Source of the DNA: Acidothermus cellulolyticus 11B | Lineage (GTDB): Bacteria; Actinomycetota; Actinomycetes; Acidothermales; Acidothermaceae | DNA length: 32,000 nucleotides | Direction of reading: 5' to 3' | Assembly (NCBI RefSeq): GCF_000015025.1 | Contig: NC_008578.1 | Coordinates: 810,001-842,000, forward strand | In this document: piece after piece, positions 28,777 to 32,000 of the stretch | How the letters are laid out: each line of letters begins with the position of its first letter | How positions within the stretch are numbered: the stretch's first letter is position 1 | Position numbers and translations under genes: made by a program | Notes under the pieces: generated by a model | Told to the model about the DNA's origin: nothing | Seen by the model: the letters and a program-made list of their open reading frames with translations, nothing else | Databases searched by the model: none

Positions 28777-30114
28777 GTGTCCACTTCGCCGGAGGGATCG
28801 ACCGCTGACCGGATCGCGGCGTCGGCTGCGCACTCGGGCGGCGTTGCGAACAGCTCGTCGGACGACGTCGCCGAAGCCGTCCGCGCCTGCGCACGCCGGG
28901 CCAAGGAGGCCGCGGTTCAGCTTGCAACCCTTACCCGCCGGCAGAAGGACGCCGCCCTGCACGCGATTGCGGATGCGCTCGTCGCACAGACCGAGCGCAT
29001 TGTCGCGGCGAACGCCGCGGACGTCTCCCGGGCGGAGCGGTCCGGGGCAACCGCGGCGTACCTCGACCGGCTGCGGTTGGACGCCAACCGGGTGGCCGCG
29101 ATTGCCGCGGACGTCAGGAAAGTGGCCGCCCTGCCGGATCCGGTCGGCGAGATCGTGCGCGGCGGCGTGCTGGCGAACGGGTTGGAGCTGCGTCAGGTGC
29201 GGGTCCCGCTCGGCGTCGTCGGGATCATTTACGAGGGCCGGCCCAACGTCACCGTGGATGCGGCGAGCCTCTGCGTGAAGAGCGGTAACGCCGTCCTGCT
29301 CCGCGGTTCGTCGTCAGCGGAGGCGTCGAACGCCGCACTTGTTGAGGTGCTGCGGGACGCGGTGGCGGCCAGCGGCCTGCCGGCGGACGCCGTCCAGCTC
29401 GTACCGGGCGCCGGCCATGACGCCGCGAAGCATCTGATGCGGGCGCGTGGTCTGGTCGATGTGCTGATCCCGCGTGGCGGGGCGGGACTGATCCGCAGCG
29501 TGGTCGAGGAATCGACCGTACCCGTGATCGAGACCGGGGTCGGCAATTGTCACGTGTACGTCGATGCGGACGCCGACCTCGACCAGGCGCTCGCGATCCT
29601 GCTGAACGCGAAAACCTCCCGGCCGAGCGTGTGCAATGCGGCCGAGACGCTTCTGGTCCACGCGGCGGTCGCCGAGACGTTTCTCCCCCGGGCACTGGCG
29701 GCGCTGCGGGACGCCGGGGTGACCGTGCACGGTGACGCGCGGGTCGCCGCGTTCGATCCCACCGTGGTGCCGGCAACCGAGGAGGACTGGGACCGCGAAT
29801 ATCTGTCCCTGGATATCGCCGCGGCGGTGGTCGATTCGCTCGACGACGCGATTGCCCACATCCGCCGGCATGGCACCGGCCATAGTGAGGCAATCGTCAC
29901 GCGGTCTCAGACTGCGGCGCGCCGGTTCGCCGCCGAGGTCGACGCCGCGGCTGTGCTGATCAACGCGTCGACCCGCTTTGTTGACGGCGGCGAGTTCGGC
30001 TTTGGTGCAGAGATCGGTATCTCGACGCAGAAGCTGCACGCGCGGGGTCCCATGGCGTTGCCGGAGTTGACGTCGACGAAGTGGATCGTCGTCGGCGACG
30101 GGCACGTGCGCTGA
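28777..30114 (+). CDS. proA: Gamma-glutamyl phosphate reductase
   Basis: Motifs [27 protein letters not shown] and [10 protein letters not shown] (catalytic Cys), then [14 protein letters not shown] start; the N-terminus is about 25 aa longer than typical, so the start is uncertain. Confidence 0.93.
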   Translation: MSTSPEGSTADRIAASAAHSGGVANSSSDDVAEAVRACARRAKEAAVQLATLTRRQKDAALHAIADALVAQTERIVAANAADVSRAERSGATAAYLDRLRLDANRVAAIAADVRKVAALPDPVGEIVRGGVLANGLELRQVRVPLGVVGIIYEGRPNVTVDAASLCVKSGNAVLLRGSSSAEASNAALVEVLRDAVAASGLPADAVQLVPGAGHDAAKHLMRARGLVDVLIPRGGAGLIRSVVEESTVPVIETGVGNCHVYVDADADLDQALAILLNAKTSRPSVCNAAETLLVHAAVAETFLPRALAALRDAGVTVHGDARVAAFDPTVVPATEEDWDREYLSLDIAAAVVDSLDDAIAHIRRHGTGHSEAIVTRSQTAARRFAAEVDAAAVLINASTRFVDGGEFGFGAEIGISTQKLHARGPMALPELTSTKWIVVGDGHVR

Positions 30115-30129
30115 CCGACGCGGGGTGGT

Positions 30130-30759
30130 GTGGTGACCGGGCGGCGAGCCCGCATCGGGGTGATGGGCGGCACCTTCGACCCGATCCACCATGGTCACCT
30201 GGTGGCGGCCAGTGAGGTCGCCAGCCAGTTCCAGCTGGAAGAAGTGATCTTCGTTCCTACCGGTCAGCCGTGGCAGAAGGCGGAGCGTGACATCGCACCA
30301 GCTGAAGATCGATACTTGATGACGGTCATTGCGACCGCGTCGAATCCCCGGTTCACCGTGAGCCGGGTCGACATTGACCGGCCGGGTCCGACGTACACGA
30401 TCGATACTCTTCGGGATCTCCGAGCGGAGCTCGCCGCACGGGGCTTGACGGATCCCGACCTGTTCTTCATCACGGGCGCGGACGCCCTCGCGAAGATCAT
30501 GAGCTGGAATCGCGCCGAGGAGCTCCTCACGATGGCGCATTTCGTCGGGGTCACAAGGCCCGGTCACCGGCTGGATACGCCGACCGGGCTGCCGCCGGAC
30601 CGGGTCAGTCTCCTCGAGATTCCCGCACTGGCCATTTCATCGACCGAATGTCGCGAAAGGATCCGGCAGAATCGGCCGATTTGGTATCTCGTGCCGGACG
30701 GAATCGTGCAGTACATCAGCAAGCGGGGTCTTTATCGCCGTACGGACGGCGGTCGATGA
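30130..30759 (+). CDS. nadD: Nicotinate-nucleotide adenylyltransferase
   Basis: [17 protein letters not shown] (HxGH nucleotidyltransferase motif), ..FITGADAL.., ..[10 protein letters not shown]... Confidence 0.93.
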   Translation: MVTGRRARIGVMGGTFDPIHHGHLVAASEVASQFQLEEVIFVPTGQPWQKAERDIAPAEDRYLMTVIATASNPRFTVSRVDIDRPGPTYTIDTLRDLRAELAARGLTDPDLFFITGADALAKIMSWNRAEELLTMAHFVGVTRPGHRLDTPTGLPPDRVSLLEIPALAISSTECRERIRQNRPIWYLVPDGIVQYISKRGLYRRTDGGR

Positions 30760-32000
30760 GCGGCAAGCACCGGGCAACCCCGGGTTCTCGGACGCCGCTT
30801 GGCCGCGCCTCGCGCCATCGGGCGGCCCGGGACGGGCGCGGCGTACCACCGGTTGCACCCAGCCGTGGTGACGCGCGAGACCTGGTTGTCGATCTTGCTG
30901 GGCTTGAGCGGTCTCAGCCGGGCGGGCACGGGTCCGGCGGGCCGGTGACCGGGCTGGCTGGGCTCGGTGCGACCGGGTCCGACCCCGCCGACAGCATCCG
31001 CCTGCCTGCGGATCAGCCGAGTGCGGACCGCGGTGGAGGTCCTATCGCCACGGTGACCGCGCCGCCGATGGTTGGGACACGCTCGGTACGGCGGCAGCTG
31101 CAGCGCGAACGGGCCGCCCGGATGCGGCGCCGGATCGCGCTGGTCGCTATTCCCGTGCTGGTGGCTGCCGGTCTCATGTCGTGGGCGGTGGCGAACAGCT
31201 CACCCCGTCACCATGTCGCGGGGACGTCGTCCGCCGCGGCCGCGCGCACTCAGACGACCCTGCTCGTCCAGCTGAGCGGTGGATTGCAATCGGCGGTGGC
31301 CAGCGCGCTGGTCGCCCATGATCCAGCGACGCAGAGCGGCGCGGTCATCCTCATCCCGTCGGGATTGATCAGTCAGGTGCCGGGCTTTGGGTCGATGCCG
31401 TTTGGTCAGGCGCTCTCCCTCGGAGACCTGAACGCCCCGCGGGACACGTTGGCCGACCTCATGGGGGTGACGGTCGACGGCGCGTGGGCGCTCACGCCGT
31501 CGGCGTTCGCTCGGTTGGTGGACGCCGTCGGTGGGGTGACGGTCACGGTCGACCGCGACGTCACCAGGACCAGCAACGGCGGCACGGTGATCGTCGTCCC
31601 GGCGGGGACCCGACGGCTCTCCGGTGAGCAGGCCGCCGCGTTCGCGTCTTTCCTCGCCGACGGTGAGGCCGAGCAGCAGCGGCTCGCGCGTTTCGACGCG
31701 GTCTGGAACGCGGTGCTGAGCGGTTTGCCGAAAGATCCTGGCCAGGTTGCCCGGTTGCTGGCCGGCCTCGGATCCGGATCGCGGTCGACGTTCACCGCGG
31801 ATCGACTCGCCGGCCTGCTCGTCGGTTTTGCCGCCGACGCCGCGCAACATCAGACGAGTGACCAGCTCCTTCCGGTGAAAGCGCTGGACACCGTGAACGG
31901 AAGCCAAGCCTTCAGCCTGGACACCGTCGCGACAGCCAAACTGGTCCAGCAGGAGCTGGCGCAGTCGGTGCCTGCGAATCAGAAGCTCACCGGCAATCGG
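30756..32000 (+). CDS. Membrane-anchored LytR-CpsA-Psr (LCP)-like protein, 3' end beyond the window
   Basis: This ORF is not in the ORF track because it has no stop in the window. I read it codon by codon from ATG 30756 (ATGA overlap with the nadD stop) to 32000 without a stop. It has an Arg-rich cytoplasmic N-terminus and a TM helix ([19 protein letters not shown]). The following domain has LCP-like spacing (..[52 protein letters not shown]..). Confidence 0.6.
   Translation, partial: MSGKHRATPGSRTPLGRASRHRAARDGRGVPPVAPSRGDARDLVVDLAGLERSQPGGHGSGGPVTGLAGLGATGSDPADSIRLPADQPSADRGGGPIATVTAPPMVGTRSVRRQLQRERAARMRRRIALVAIPVLVAAGLMSWAVANSSPRHHVAGTSSAAAARTQTTLLVQLSGGLQSAVASALVAHDPATQSGAVILIPSGLISQVPGFGSMPFGQALSLGDLNAPRDTLADLMGVTVDGAWALTPSAFARLVDAVGGVTVTVDRDVTRTSNGGTVIVVPAGTRRLSGEQAAAFASFLADGEAEQQRLARFDAVWNAVLSGLPKDPGQVARLLAGLGSGSRSTFTADRLAGLLVGFAADAAQHQTSDQLLPVKALDTVNGSQAFSLDTVATAKLVQQELAQSVPANQKLTGNR

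Noticed and set aside
28619-29278. 219-aa plus-strand ORF overlapping the proA start
   Set aside because: It is out of frame with proA, which has clear motifs, and its translation is Arg/Pro/Ser-rich.
29314-30567. 417-aa minus-strand ORF, plus the 31200-31907 (-) ORF
   Set aside because: They are antisense to proA/nadD and to the LCP-like gene respectively, and are Arg-rich shadow frames.

Overview
High-G+C, actinobacterial-type chromosomal backbone, almost entirely on the + strand and densely packed. Many stop/start overlaps (ATGA/GTGA) indicate translational coupling. Gene order: tig (3' end) - clpP1 - clpP2 - clpX - (minus strand) Pro/Tyr/Gly-rich membrane protein - valS - folC - DUF4233-like membrane protein - ABC exporter (1 ATPase + 2 ABC-2 permeases) - ndk - mreB - mreC - mreD - PBP2 - rodA - radical SAM (TIGR03960-like) - DUF2344/TIGR03936-like - RNase E/G - rplU - rpmA - obg - proB - small orphan ORF - proA - nadD - LCP-like protein (runs off the window). 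I saw no tRNA or rRNA genes, CRISPR array, transposase or integrase. Most of the window is ordinary housekeeping DNA with Streptomyces/Frankia-like synteny. The stretches that deserve a second look are: (1) five tandem 24-bp units in the intercistronic gap of the ABC operon, which read in frame as a Met/His/Gln/Pro octapeptide repeat and end in an ATGA overlap with the permease start; (2) two copies of a 22-bp direct repeat upstream of clpP1 that contain ClgR-operator-like cores; (3) the uncharacterised radical SAM/DUF2344 pair coupled to rne-rplU-rpmA-obg; (4) an orphan ORF wedged between proB and proA behind a terminator-like hairpin; (5) a repeat-rich proline/tyrosine membrane protein; (6) an LCP-like gene, start-coupled to nadD, whose catalytic motifs look degenerate. 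All family calls rest on motifs read from the translations and remembered synteny. No database search was run.
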